NCBI RefSeq assembly: GCF_964213995.1
Contig: NC_135801.1
Coordinates: 90,334,001 to 90,398,000, forward strand
Direction of reading: 5' to 3'
Length of the DNA stretch: 64,000 bases
Source: Mustelus asterias
Taxonomy: Eukaryota
Shown piece by piece: positions 12,417-25,771 of the stretch (positions are counted from its first letter, which is position 1; every line of letters begins with the position of its first letter). Made by a program: the position numbers and the translations under genes. The notes under the pieces were generated by a model. The model was not told the DNA's origin. It saw only the letters and a program-made list of their open reading frames with translations, and ran no database searches.

Positions 12417-13012
12417 AGTAAGAAGTTTAACAACACCAGGTTAAAGTCCTACAGGTTTATTTGGCAGCAAAAGCCACACAAGCTTTCGGAGCTCCAAGCC
12501 CCTTCTTCAGGTGAGTGGGAATTCTGTTCACAAACAGAGCCTATAAAGACACAAACTCAATTTACATGAATAATGGTTGGAATGCAAATACTTACAACTA
12601 ATCAAGTCTTTAAGAAACAAAACAATGTGAGTGGAGAGAGCATCAAGACAGGCTAAAAAGATGTGTATTGTCTCCAGACAAGACAGCCAGTGAAACTCTG
12701 TGGGGGTTACAAATAGTGTGACATGAACCCAATATCCCGGTTGAGGCCGTCCTCGTGTGTGCGGAACTTGGCTATCAGTTTCTGCTCAGCGACTCTGCGC
12801 CGTCGTGTGTCGCTAAGGTGCCTTGGAGAACACTTACCCGAATATCAGAGGCCGAATGCCCGTGAGCAGAATTCCCACTCACCTGAAGAAGGGGCTTGGA
12901 GCTCCGAAAGCTTGTGTGGCTTTTGCTACCAAATAAACCTGTTGGACTTTAACCTGGTGTTGTTAAACATCTTACTGTGTTTACCCCAGTCCAACACCGG
13001 CATCTCCACATT
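12417..13012 (-). mobile_element. Penelope-like element fragment with inverted terminal repeat
   Basis: 12417-12530 is the reverse complement of ~12865-12980; the interior resembles the 3' end of the Penelope at 58250-59130; hammerhead core in both arms. Confidence 0.8.
12878..12918 (+). ncRNA. Minimal type I hammerhead ribozyme motif (Penelope-associated)
   Basis: CAC-CTGAAGA-a-GGGGC-ttgga-GCTCC-GAAA-GCTT-GTG; antisense copy at ~12477-12515. Confidence 0.6.
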
Positions 13013-13320
13013 GTGAAATTACCAGACAGGAGTGCATAATGAGCTCATAGTGAATCAGTAACCTGCTTTACCCTGCACCTGATTCTCAAGGGTCTTTACC
13101 GTTGATTTCAATCTTGTTCTTTCAGGTTCCGGAATTCCCTACCTAAATTTCTCTGTTTCTCTTATGATCCTGAAAGCCTACTGCTTTTGGCATACATTTG
13201 GTCACCTGTCAGAATATCTCCCACTTGGTATCAAATTTTGTTTGACAATGCTCCTGTGAAGCACCTCAGGACATTTTATTACATTAAAGGTTCTATATAA
13301 ATGCAAATTTTGCATTGCAG

Positions 13321-13676
13321 TATGTTGTTCAGTTGCCAGTTCACACGTGGCACCAACAGAAATAAACAGGACTGCAATGGGATCCAGCTGCTCCCTGTTC
13401 TTTGGAATCTCTGGGCGAAAGTGGCAAGAAGTGGCTGTGCTCCTTCAATACTCCACCTGGTGGACTCCCAACCTCAAGCAGTTTCCTGTCGAAAGCAACT
13501 TACCTGTTTCTGCCCCTCACACCTATTTGAGCTTCCTATCCTATAAAACGTACACAAGATAGATTTTCATTACAATAAAATGGCAATTTCCTGATGGGAC
13601 AGTTAATACTCTTGTGCCAATGGTCAGCAGACATGAAACAGCAATGGCAGGGACCTGCAAATAGGTCACCTCCCTG
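13321..13676. repeat. 356-bp direct repeat, copy 1
   Basis: TATGTTGTTCAGTTGCCAG...ATAGGTCACCTCCCTG, repeated 1079 bp downstream. Confidence 0.9.
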
Positions 13677-14399
13677 TCATCTACGTCGGGGATGGTGCTC
13701 TGGGCAAGAAAACTCGAGACGGAAGTGAAAAAGGAGAAAATACTACATAAGGTTTCTCAATTTTAAAGAATGGCAGTAAAGAGCCCAAAAATACACAGCA
13801 AGAGAGTTAAGTCAACAAATGTGGAATTAGAAACAAGAACAGAGAATGCTGCAAATAAATGTCCAATTAGATTGCCTTTCTTTGCATGTACTGTCATCTA
13901 TTAGGAACTGTATATGCAATAAACTATTTTATGAGAAGGAAAATGTTTCACCTCTAATTTTATAGGTTAGGAAGCATGAATAGAGCAGCTAACATTTGAA
14001 GTATCATCTTTCGGACTGGCAGTTCTGCTGAATCAGTGTAATGGTCTCAAACATTCCCCACAAGACCCCAAAAATATCTTCAACGCATTGAAAAGTGAAT
14101 CAACAAGGAAATAGATACTTTTATTTATGGCAGGGCTACAAGGCTCAAATACAAATATCAGTGATCTTAATATCTCCATTTTATACAACACATTGTCAAG
14201 GTGCACATGGCAACAAGGTACATAAAGACATTTGTGTGAAGCAGTATGATGTTTGTATTGGTACTGTCATACATAGAAGCACTCACATACAGTTATACAG
14301 GCAAACAAAACTAGAGTGCTTAAGAATTTTTAAAAAGGAAATGTATCACCATCTGATACATAGAATGGACTGTAAGACCATCAGAGTGAAATTTTTCGC

Positions 14400-14755
14400 T
14401 ATGTTGTTCAGTTGCCAGTTCACATGTGGTACCAACAGAAATAAACAGGACTGCCAATGGGCGTACAGTCTGCTCCCTGTTCTTTGGAATCTCTGGGCGA
14501 AAGTGGCAAGAAGTGACTGTGCTCCTTCAACACTCCACCTGGTGGACTCCCAAGCTCAAGCAGTTTCAAGTTGAAAGCTACTTGCCTCTTTCTGTTCCTC
14601 ACACCTATTTGAGCTTCCTACCCTATAAAACGCACACAAGTTGGATTTTTGTTACAAAATGTTAATTTCCTGGCAGGAGGGTTAATACTATTGTACCAAT
14701 AACAGACAGACAAGGAACAGCAATAGCAGAGACCTGCAAATAGGTCACCTCCCTG
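14400..14755. repeat. 356-bp direct repeat, copy 2
   Basis: Diverged but colinear copy of 13321-13676. Confidence 0.9.
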
Positions 14756-15467
14756 GTTTTATTGGTTATTTTCACACTAGATAACATTTTTGTAAGTTTT
14801 GATAATTTTAAAATTATGTTTCCATGTAATAAGAATGGATTCCCCCAAACAGTTTCCCCACACAAGTTATTTACCTCCACTTGCTGATCTGGGGCATGAA
14901 AAGGGAATGGGATGAATTTCCCCAGAAAGAGGAAACAATTAAAAAATAATTAACAAGAATCTTAACCCAAGTATCTGCCCCAAACATTCTGGTAACTATT
15001 CTAGAATAATTGCATATACCTCGCAGCAAGTTACTTTCTTGTCCACTTAGTTGGAAAACAGGACTGGGGAAATCGATAAATAAAATATACACCTCCTATA
15101 TTTAACTACTATTTTTTTCATTGAAATCATTTACAAATACAAACATGAATCATATTTTGACATTTTAGAAGGTTTTGAAAATTTCTGAATGTTTGGTATA
15201 GCCCTCCATCAATGCTCCCCTTACAATCAGGGTAACACTTCAATGCAATTCTGATTGATTCAACTGAATTGAGCAAATTTATCTTTCTTATGTTATGTCT
15301 CCACTTAAAATAACATGTTGCATTAATTCTTGTCACCAGATTTTCAGTAGAGATTCTCTTCAACCTGCTCATCCTACTTTGAGTTCTGAGATGCTAGAGG
15401 ATTGTTCTTGCACCATTCGTTTAAATTAATTTGTTATTTAAATAGGGCATTTTGATATTGAGCAGTG

Positions 15468-15473
15468 TTTATT
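15468..15473 (-). terminator. Candidate QDPR polyadenylation signal
   Basis: AATAAA on the minus strand ~400 nt after the stop codon; another candidate at ~14120. Confidence 0.4.
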
Positions 15474-15871
15474 ACAGAAAAGCACCCAATGGTGATCGTT
15501 AAACTGTATACCCAACTCACAAGTAAACAAGACATGAGAAAGTTTAGGGCAGTGAAGGTTGACAAACTACTTTCTGATTTCAAGTAACTCTGTGGACACA
15601 TTGTGCAGTGAAAAGAGATAAAGTTAAAGAAAAGAAGAGGAAAAGTAAAGTGGCAAAAGAGAGTCCAAATAATTAAATGGGGAAACTGGCATGAGATGGG
15701 AACCAACCAATAATGTTGCAATCAAGTGTTTGATTCTTCCCTCTTACCCCACCCTGCCACCCACCAAATTGAGACTGGTAAAATTCAACTACTACTGAAC
15801 ACGCTAAATGGCACTTCATGAAACAATTAAACTGATTTCCATGTTAATGCTTTTGCAATAGAAATTCCATC

Positions 15872-15977
15872 TTAAAGTTGAGCAGGAATCAGTTCAGTTT
15901 TGCTTTCAGTTGTAATAAGCTGAATAAGGCTTCCTGAAGTAGGTCTGGTTTCTTTATCCATCCAGTTAAATAAGGTC
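15872..15977 (-). CDS. QDPR: Dihydropteridine reductase exon 7 (last coding exon)
   Basis: AG acceptor 15978-15979; (E)TLFNWMDKETRPTSGSLIQLITTESKTELIPAQL*, homologous to the human C-terminus [24 protein letters not shown]. Confidence 0.95.
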
Positions 15978-16739
15978 CTGGAAAAAATATACAAAAATAC
16001 TCATTAAGCAAAACAGAATAGTTTTTTAAAACACAAAAGAGGGAGATTCACCAAAGCTTCAAAATTAATTTTCTCAACTTTTAAAAAAGGCCTGAGAATG
16101 CCATACTTTTCATTTTCCTTTTTGGATTATCAAACTTCTGAGTAAGATAGTGAGAGAACTATCCCAAAATTGCTCCATAAAATATAAAGGCAGTCAATCA
16201 ATCATATTTGAGATTGGTCCAAGGCTGTTGCTCAGGAGAGTTGGCACCCCAAAACTGATCATCTGGTTGGTCTGCTCTGGCTGGGGAAGTTTGGGCAGTT
16301 CTCAGTTGTACTACTGATTGATCAGAATGTAGTTGTAAAATATCTAATCTCAAGGAGAGGGAAAATGTCCTCCTATAACAAATAACAGCTTTCTTTTAGC
16401 CAAGCAAAACACTGCACTGACTAGAAGAGTCCAATGCACACCTCAGGTTGTCACATGCTCGAAGTGAGAGGGGATGAGGTGTTAGGATGCAGTAACTGAA
16501 GATCAAGACAAGTAGGAAATGGATAATGCAAAAAGCACAAACAATGCCTATTAAAAACACTAAGGGGGAATGAACAGGAACATGGGATTTGAGAGCTCAG
16601 TGGTCAGTGTGCAAAAGCTAACAATGAGCACAGCCAAAATGGCATCCTGATCAACCACAACCTTATTATTCTATGATGCTTGTACTTCCAAGCACAATGG
16701 TTCTGAAAAGTTCTGCAAGGGAAACTTTAAAAGTTATAA

Positions 16740-18955
16740 ACAATTTTTATCATTTACTTAATCTTTTGTGGGATGTGGCTAGGCCAGCATTTATTGCTGT
16801 TAAGAAAGGTGTTCGAAGATTTTGGCCCAGCGACCATGGAGGAACAGCAAAGTAGCTCCAGGTCAGGATGGTATGCGACTTGGAGAGGAACCCGCAGCTG
16901 GTGTGTTCCCATGAATCTGCTGCCTTTGTCCTGCTGGTGGTGGAGGTCATGGGTTTGGAAGGTGCTGTGGAAGCACCCTTAGTGAGTTGCTGCAGTGCAT
17001 CTTGTAGATAGTACACACTGCTTGCCACTGTCCGTCAGTGATGGAGGATGTGAATGTTTAAGATGGTGGATGGGGTGCCAATTATGAGGGCTGCTTTGTC
17101 CTGGATGGTGTAAAGCTTCTTGAGTGTTGTTGGAGTTGCACACATCCAGGCAACTGCAGAGTATTTCATCATATCACTGACTTGATGGTGGACAAGCTTT
17201 GGGGAGTCAGGAAACAACATTTTTCACTGCATACTAATACACGTGACAACAATAAATCAAAATCAAAACAAAAGGAAGTGAGTTACTCGCTGCAGAATTC
17301 CCACCCTCTGACCTGGTTTGTAGCCATAGTACTTATGTGGTTAGTCCAGTTCAATTTCTGGTCAATGGTAACCCCCAGTCTGTTGACAGTGGGGAATTCA
17401 GTGATGGTATTGCCATTGAATGTCAAGGAATCTCAGTTGTTGGAGATGGTCATTGCTGGGACTTATGTGGCATGAATGTTACTTGCTATTTATCAGCCCA
17501 AGCCTGAATGTTGTCCAGGTCTTGCTGCAAATGGACACAGACTGCTTCAGTATCTGATGAGTCATGAATGATGCTGAACATTGTGCGGTCATTAGCGAAC
17601 AGCCCCATTTCTGACCTTATGACGTAGGGAAGGTCATTGATTAAACAGCTGAAAATGGTTGGGCCTTCAAAATTACTTTAAAGAACCCCTGCAGTGATGC
17701 ACATGGACTGAGATGATTGACAGCCTTTACCATCTTCCTTTGTACTGGGTTTGACTTCAAACAGTGGTGAGTTTTCTCTCCGATTCGCATTAATTCAATT
17801 TTGCTTGGACTCCTTGATGCGACACTCAGTGAAATGTTGCCTTGATGTCAAGGCACCTCTGGAGCTCAGGTCTTCTGTCCATGTTTGGATCATGGTTGTA
17901 ATGAAGCCAGGAGCTTAATGGCTTTGGCAATACCCAAATTGAGCGTCAATGAGTGGGTTATTCACAGAATTGCTATGACATTCAGCCCATCATGTCTGCA
18001 CTGGCTTTCCATATGAGCAAATCACATAATACCATTTCCCTGCCATCTCTCTGTAACTCTGCACATTCTTCCTTTACAGATAACAGTCGAAATAGGAAGT
18101 GTTTCCAAAAATATCTATTCTCTGTTGTTCATAGTTTAGATTAGTTAACTACGAACATGCAAAAAAAAGTGCTGCTTGATAACTCTGTCGATAACCCCTT
18201 CCTTCGCTTGGCTGATAACCAAGAGTCGATTGAAGGGGTGCTAATTGGCTAAATTGGATCTATGCTGCTTTTTGTGGACAGGACATCCCTGGGCAATTTC
18301 CCACATTGCCGAGTAGATACCAGTGTTGTAGCTGTACTGGAACAGCTTGGCTAGGGGTGCGGCTCATCCTGGAGCACAAGTCTTCAGTACTACTTTTGGA
18401 AAATTGTCAGGGCCTATGGCCTTTGCAGTTTTCAGTGCCTTCAGCTGTTTATTGATATCATGTGGAGTGAACTGAACTGTCTGAAGACTGACATCTGTGA
18501 TGTTAGGAACCTACAGTGGAGGCAGAAATAGATCATCCATTCGGTAGTTCCAACTTAAATTGCTGCAAATGCTTCAGCCCTGTGCCTTGTGCTGACCTCC
18601 TGGGCTCCCCCATCATTCTCCTCCGCTAGTGAGTTGTTTAACCCCAACATTCACAACTGGGTATGGCTGCATGGCAGAGCTTAAATCTGATTGATTAGTT
18701 ATGGGATCACTTAGTTCTGTTTATTGCATGCTGAATACTCTGTTTGGCAAACAAATAGTCCTGTGTTGTAGCTTCACTGGGTTGACAGCTCATTCTTAGG
18801 TATGTCTGGTGTTGCTTCTGGCAACATCTCCTGTGCTTTTCATTGAAACAGGGTTGATCCTCTGGCTTGATGGTAATGGCAGCATGGGGGAAATGCCAGG
18901 TCACGAGGTTACATATTGTGGTTGTATACAATTCAGCTGCTACAGGTGGCTTACA
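16740..18955 (-). mobile_element. Decayed CR1-group LINE in QDPR intron 6
   Basis: Reverse complement of the family at 2560-4172 (e.g. TTLKKLYTIQDKAA); interrupted by other inserts and resuming at ~19670 and 20200-20940. Confidence 0.75.
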
Positions 18956-18956
18956 G

Positions 18957-19668
18957 TGTGATGAAAGTGTGCAAATATATATACATGTTCAGCTTTTTTT
19001 TTTTACAGGTAGTCAGTATATGTGGAAGAAATACAGCTCAGATCCTGGAAGAGCAGAATAATTACTCATTTCAACCTTGTAAGTGGCTATGTTAAGTAGA
19101 ATTAATGGACTTTTGTTACTTAAGTTCCTCTGGGATTTTAGATTAGAGTGATTGACAGGGTCATGTGATGATGTGGTTTATATACAGTTCTGGATCTGTG
19201 GCAGAAAAAAAACAGGCTTTTGCAGAAAGGAATTAGAGTTTGGCTGTTCTAGGAGAATTTGAGGCTTCTAAAAGCTCTACGTCTCTCTGAAAACTCCAAA
19301 CCTTTTTACACTCATTATAGCAAATATATTTGTGATTGCTAACTATATTAAAAATGGGTTCTAAGTCTGCAAGAAGAACGTTGCTTACTTGGAAATGAAA
19401 TAGTAATGAGTTAGAAATTAGAGTTGTTTCTTTTCATGTTTAAAGATTGTTCAACTGTTAAGAGGTAAGCGGCTTCATTTTATTAGAGTTAGACTTAAAT
19501 TGTGTTATGAATACGGATTGTTTTGATAAAATATTCCTAATTTGTCAGTGGAAATACTCCTGGAGCGAAGCGTCCTATCATCACATTTATACCAAAATAG
19601 AAAAATTGTTGGGGCCTAGTCTGGCTTCATAATGTAATTTGTGATTCTGGTTCAGAACCCTAATGACA
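18957..19668 (+). mobile_element. Probable solo LTR inserted in a LINE
   Basis: TG...CA ends; interrupts the LINE; 3' part resembles 50190-50340. Confidence 0.4.
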
Positions 19669-19703
19669 GAGTCTCATGCATGCCCAGTTTTAAATTTTAA
19701 ATG

Positions 19704-20196
19704 CCTCACAGCACGAGGGATCTGGGTTCAATTCTGGCCTTGGGTGACTGTGTGTGGAGTTTGCACGTTCTTCCTGTGTGGATTTCCTCCACATACCCGG
19801 TTTCCTCCCATAGTCCAAAGATGTGCAGGTTAGATTGATTGGCCATGATAAATTGCCTTTAGTATTAGGGGGATTAGCAAGGTAATTCTGTGGAACTCTT
19901 TGCCGCAGAAGGTTGTGAAGGCCAGGTCATTGAGTGTCTTTAAGACAGAGAGAGATAGGTTCTTGATTATTAAGGGGATCAGGATTTATGGGGAAAAGGC
20001 AGGAGAATGGGGATGAGAAAAATATCAGCCATGATTGAATGGCGGAGCAGACTCGATGGGCCGAGTGGCCTAATTCTGCTCCTATGTCTTATGGTCTAAA
20101 TACGTGGGGTTACAAGGATAGGGCTTGGGTTGGATTGTTGTCGTTACAGGCTCGATGGGCCGAGTGGCCTCCTTCTGCACTGTAGCGATTCTATGA
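19704..20196 (+). mobile_element. HE1 SINE containing a nested CR1 3' end (~19886-20098)
   Basis: V-SINE body, then CTGTGGAACTCTTTGCC...TATGTCTTATGGTCT, then the HE1 tail GCACTGTAGCGATTCTATGAT. Confidence 0.75.
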
Positions 20197-20939
20197 TTTT
20201 ATGTTCAAAATCTATCCCAGTTAGCACGGCCATAGTGTCATGCAACACAATGGAGAGTATCCTCAATGTGAAGACAGGGCTTTGCCTCCACACGGATTGT
20301 GTGATGGTCACTCCTACCAATACGGTCATGGACAGTGCATCTGCAACATGTAGATCAGTAAGCACAAGGTCAAGTGGGTTTTTCCCTGTTGTTGGTTCCC
20401 TCGCTATCTGCTGCAGACCCAATCTTGCAGCTATATCCTTTAGGAATTGGCAAGCACAGTCAGTAGTGGTGCTACGAAGCTATCATTGGTGAAGTACCCC
20501 ATGCAGATTATATTCTGTGTCCTTTCCATTCTCCAAGTAATCTTCAACATGGAGGAGTTTAGATTCATCAGGGTAGTAAGTAGTAAGTGGTAATCAGCAA
20601 AAGGAATCTTTGCCAACGTTTGACCTAATGCCATGATACTACATTGCGTCCAGGGCCAATGTTCAAAGCTCCCAGGGCAACTCCCTCCCGACTGTATATC
20701 ACCCTCTTGCCACCTCTGGTTGGTCTGACCTGCTGGTGAGATGGGACATACTCAGGAATGATGATGGTGGTTTCTGGGACATTATCTGTAAGATATGATT
20801 CTGTGAGAATGACAATGTTGGACTGTTGCTTGACTAGTCTGTGAGACAGCTCTCCCAATCTTGACGGGGCTGGGTTTGCCATTGCCTTTGTAGTGGTTTC
20901 ATAGAACTGAATAGCTTGCTGAACAATTTTAGAGGGCAT

Positions 20940-21182
20940 TTAAGAATCAAGCACATTGTTGTGAGGAGTTACATGTAGGCCAGACCAGATAAGGATGGGA
21001 AGGATATCTCCTGTGGTCACTATTACCGAGACTAGTTTTTTTTTCAAATTCCAGATTTGTTTTCGCTGAATTTAAATGCCTCCAGATGTTGTGGTGAGAT
21101 TCGAACCAGTGTTACCAGAACATTAGCCTGGGCCTCTAGATTACCAGTTTGGCGATATTACCGTTGTGCCATCACCTCCCCC
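20940..21182 (-). mobile_element. tRNA-derived SINE
   Basis: Reverse complement of the 39820-40170 family. Confidence 0.6.
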
Positions 21183-21970
21183 TTGGCAGTACCAGTTTGC
21201 ATTCCACACTACCACAACGCTGCCTTACAGTAAATTCAATGTCCAGTGCAGAACTGAGCTACATAGACCACGAAGATCTTAGACTTCATTCCAGGTCTTT
21301 GCTGAGTTCACTGATCTCAGCTAAGGGCATTACAACTATTGTCTATGTTCTTGGCTAAGATAAAAACTGTGAGCCCTGGTGCAAAGTGCACTCGGTAAAC
21401 ATCGGGCCTGACTTGATACGATGCCTCCCGCGTTCAAATATCCTCCAACTTAGCTATGATGATTCCTGTGGTCAAATATCCTTCTATCACTCTAAACTCA
21501 TGCATGAAGGTGGATGATGCACTGAAGTTGAATTTTTTTTGAATTTACAGGATTTAAATGGAATAGTTCATTTTAATTTTTATTCAAGGAACACAACAAA
21601 AAAAATCTAAGTTATGTTCTAATTAAAACTAAAGAATTGTGGGCATAAGCCGTTGATTTCAACGTGTTTTTAAAAGATGATCTTAACTTATGCAAAAAGA
21701 TGATTTGATTTTCCACTTGCTGTCACTGATGGAAAGGTATTAATTTCCTTCAATCAGTCTGGCATCTGTAAATGAGTCACCAAAGATAAGAAATGTTTGT
21801 CAAAAGGTCAGCTGTCCTTGATAATATTGTGTACAATTTGTAGCGTTTCCTCAGGCTAGACAAATAAAATTCTTAACTGGAGCCTGGACATTGGACAGAC
21901 AAACAAAAGCCAGATAGTAACAAATAGACATGAAATGATTACAGACAATTTGATTTAGCTGGATACTCAC

Positions 21971-22054
21971 TCAGCAACAAATTCTAACTGTGTCCAGGAG
22001 CTGAAATCTGCAGTAGGCATTGATTTCCTGTTCATCGGTGTATCCAAGGTAACA
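21971..22054 (-). CDS. QDPR: QDPR exon 6
   Basis: 84 nt, AG/GT flanks; [27 protein letters not shown](E). Confidence 0.97.
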   Translation of the reverse strand, partial: CYLGYTDEQEINAYCRFQLLDTVRICC

Positions 22055-23439
22055 CTACAAAATAAATTAAATTGTGTTGAAAGCCCTTTGTGTCATACGT
22101 ACGTTACGTTACCATGGTGAAGACCTAATAATGCCAGATTGCCCAGAAATTGGCAATGTAAAAGTATACTTGCACATCAGGCTTCCACTGACCCATTTCA
22201 AATTGAAAATGAATTCAATTCTATTTTTCCTGCATTGCAATTTTAGTCTGTGTTGTAAGTCCATTTATCTTATGCCTGCTCCATTTACAGCACTTGGAAA
22301 GCAGGATGAAAGCAGATTGTGATTGGTTACTTCAACAAGGCTACCAGGATATAACAGATTAAAAACATCACTGACCCCAGACAATGACGCTTGCAATATT
22401 GTAAGGATAATTTAGCGAATGTGTCTGTCTCAACAACTAGCCTTTCACAAAAAAGGTACAACACAAATAAATGTAATGGAAATGGACACAGAGCATGGAA
22501 GAAAGGGATTAGATGATGTACCTGAAGACTATGCCAAAGAGATGGGTTTTGAGGAAGTTACTTTAAATGTGAAAAGTAAATGTGAAAAGTTAAGGAGGTG
22601 GGAATGGTTAGGGAAGTAGCTCCAGAGTAGAACTGAGACAGTTAATCTCTGCCTGCCGTTAACAGTGGGGTAGAAAAAAGGCATGTTTGCATTTATATAT
22701 TGCCTTTCACAAACTCAGCATGTCCCAAAGTGTTTTACAGTGAATGAAGTGCAGTCACAGTTGTAATGTAGGAAACACAGCAGCCAATTTGCACATGGAA
22801 AGTTCTTGTAAACAGAAATACGTCAGTAACTAGATAATGGCCGGGATTTTCCATGGCCCACTCGAAGCAGGTGTAAATTCCGTTATGACCACCAACTCTT
22901 GCGAGAGGACCATAACTGGATTTGCACAGGGGAAATCTCAGAATGAAATCTTCCGCAGATCCCGCCAGCGATGTAATCAGGTTCAAGCCCAGTGAGGGTG
23001 AGAAACTAATTACTATCTTTAGCCAATGTTTGAGTCTGAATGACCATTTTGATACAGACTCAAAATGTTGGCTCTATTCGCTCTCCACGGATGCTGTCAG
23101 ACCTGCTGAGATTTTCCAGCATTTTGTTTTTGTTTCAGATTCCAGCATTCGCAGTATTTTGCTTTTACCATCAATTTAAATACGGTTATATATGCCAACG
23201 CTGTATCTTCCAGGGATGACAAATGTTCCCCTGCCGGCATGACATCATGCCAGCTGGAATTACTGCTACTCTGCAGCCAGTCGAGATGACCACTCCAGGG
23301 GCACTGAGTGCAGCCCTGGGTGGTCATGGACTTGGCAGGGCAGTGCCAACCTGGCAGTCCAAACCTGACAGTGCCAAACTAGCAAAGTGGTGGTTCCAGC
23401 ACTGGGCGATACTAGATACCAGACCTCCTTACTGACATC

Positions 23440-24590
23440 TATTAATCTACCCATCACAGATTAGTCTGTCCACAACAGTAGCGATAGAAATAATTAGCAC
23501 GCAGTTGTGGTGGAGACTAAGTTCCCTTTTCACAATGGAGGGCACTGTCACCATGCTAAACAGCATTGATTCAGAACAGATCTACCAGCTTAAAACTGAG
23601 TATTCCTGAAGCACTGTGGGCCATCATCTGCAGCAGAATTATATTCAACCACAATCTGTAACTTCACGGAACTGCATATTCCTCATTCTACCATTACCGT
23701 CAAGCTGGAGGTCAACCCAGGTTCAATGAGGAGCATAAGAGAGAATGCCATGAACAGCAACAAGCACACATAAAATGAGGTGCCAACTTGCTGAAGCTAC
23801 AACACAGTATGATATGCATGCTAGACAGTGAAAGCAGCATGCTATCGACAGAGCTAAACCACCGCACAATCAGATCAAAGCTTTACAGTCCTGCCACATC
23901 CAATTGCAAATGGTGGTGGGCAATTAAACAACTAACGAGAGATGGTGGCTCCACAAACCTCCCCATCCTTGATGATGGGGGAGCCCAGCACTTCGATGCA
24001 AAAGGCAAGACAGAAACATTTGCAATCATCCTCAGCCAGAAGTGAAATGTCGAGTGGATGATCCATCTTGTCCTCCTCCTTTCTCACATCACAGATGTCA
24101 GTCTTCAGATAATTCGATTCATACCATGATATCAAGATGAAACACCACATGATGGAGTACCCTCCACTTACCAAAATTAGTGCAGCTCTAACAACACTCA
24201 AGGATCCACCATCTATAAGGCAGCCTGCTTGATCAGCACCCCATTCATCACCGTAAACATTTACTCCCTTCACCCTTCAATGCATAGTGACAACAGTGTG
24301 CACCAACTACAACTCACCAAGGCTCCTTCGACAGCGCCTTTCAAACTTGCAGCCGCTTCTACCTGGGAAGGACAAGGGCAGCAGATACATGGGACCAAGT
24401 TCCACTCCATCGTAACTTGGAACCATAATGCCACTCTTCATTGCTCTAACAGCACTGTGGGTGTACCTACCACATAGGCTGCAGTGGTCCATGGAAGTGG
24501 CTCACCACCACCTACTCAAGTGCAATTAAAGATGGGAACTAAATGCTAACCTCACCAGCCATGCTCACATCACATGAATTAATAAAAAGA
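23440..24590 (+). mobile_element. Decayed CR1-group LINE
   Basis: WWWAIKQLTRDGGSTNLPILDDGG remnant plus the family 3' UTR. Confidence 0.7.
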
Positions 24591-25662
24591 ATCATGGTAA
24601 TTGCGTTTGCTCTTGTTAACTCATCTTGTGCTATTCAGAATGGTCTTCAGCTTTAACCTCCTCCCTGCAGAAGAACCAATGTTAAGGAGTGGTGGTTAAA
24701 AGCTTGAACAAAGTGGAGAGTTTTAAGGAGGGTCTTAAAAGAGAGAGAGATGGCGAGGCTCAAAACAAATTTCAAAGCTTAGGGCCTAGTCGATTGAAGA
24801 CAGAGCAACCAACTGCGAAGCAGAGGTGGGGGGGGGGGGGGGCGTTCAGAGCTGGAGAAACACAGAGATATTGGAAAGTTGAAAGGCTGAAGCAGGTTAC
24901 AGAAAGAGAGAAAGGCAAGGCCAATGCCACAGCAAGCAAATAACAAATCACATTTATATAGTACTTCTTATATAATTAAATGTTCCAAAATGCTCCACAA
25001 GAACTATGATCAATACAAGGTTCTGACTTTTAATTCTGAGGCACTGGGGGACATTGACTAACCTAGGTCAACAAGCAAAGTCATGATGGGCGAGTTGGAC
25101 TTTGTGTAGGATAGGACACAAGGAGCAGAGTTTTGGATAAGGAATGAATGATCCTATATGTGCTAAGAGGGAAAAACATAAGTGATGGCTTCGGGGCAAG
25201 AACAGCAGCTAAAATGCTTAGAAGAGGCGTTACAGATTAAAGAGACATGTTCTGGTCTTACACAGATGACGAGAAACTAATAAGCAATTAACTCCCAGCA
25301 AATATGTAACAAAAGTAATTAATTTGCTTCAAGCACTTGAGTAAATCCTGAGGGTGCAATAAAACATGAAATAAATACAAGTGTATTCTCTCATTTTTGC
25401 ACACATATACACATAAAACACAGCCTTCTCAGAGAACTGTTGAATAATTAACACACTGAAAAGGTGTTTGAACAGCACTAAAATGTTTTGACTCTTAAGC
25501 ATTTTTGAAGTTTAAAAAAAACATTAATAACACTCTAAATATCAGCTTTCGACCTCTGTCACTTTATGCCAACTGCTATTATGAAAGCCACTAGTAATTT
25601 TCTCCTCTAATGGGAAAGCGAACATTATCGAGTCTTGTAGGACTGTAATTATCGACACTTAC

Positions 25663-25771
25663 GGGAGAATTGCAAGAGCAGAAGATCCAGGGGGCATTCC
25701 ACTTTTTTCTCCAGCTAGACTCCGACAGAGCTGATGAACAGCTGCCTTTGCCATGCCATATCCCACCATCC
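25663..25771 (-). CDS. QDPR: QDPR exon 5
   Basis: 109 nt; [37 protein letters not shown], containing the catalytic YxxxK motif. Confidence 0.98.

Noticed and set aside
13321-13676. Telomerase RNA or scaRNA
   Set aside because: No CTAACCCT template and no convincing terminal C box; an ACA near one end is not sufficient.
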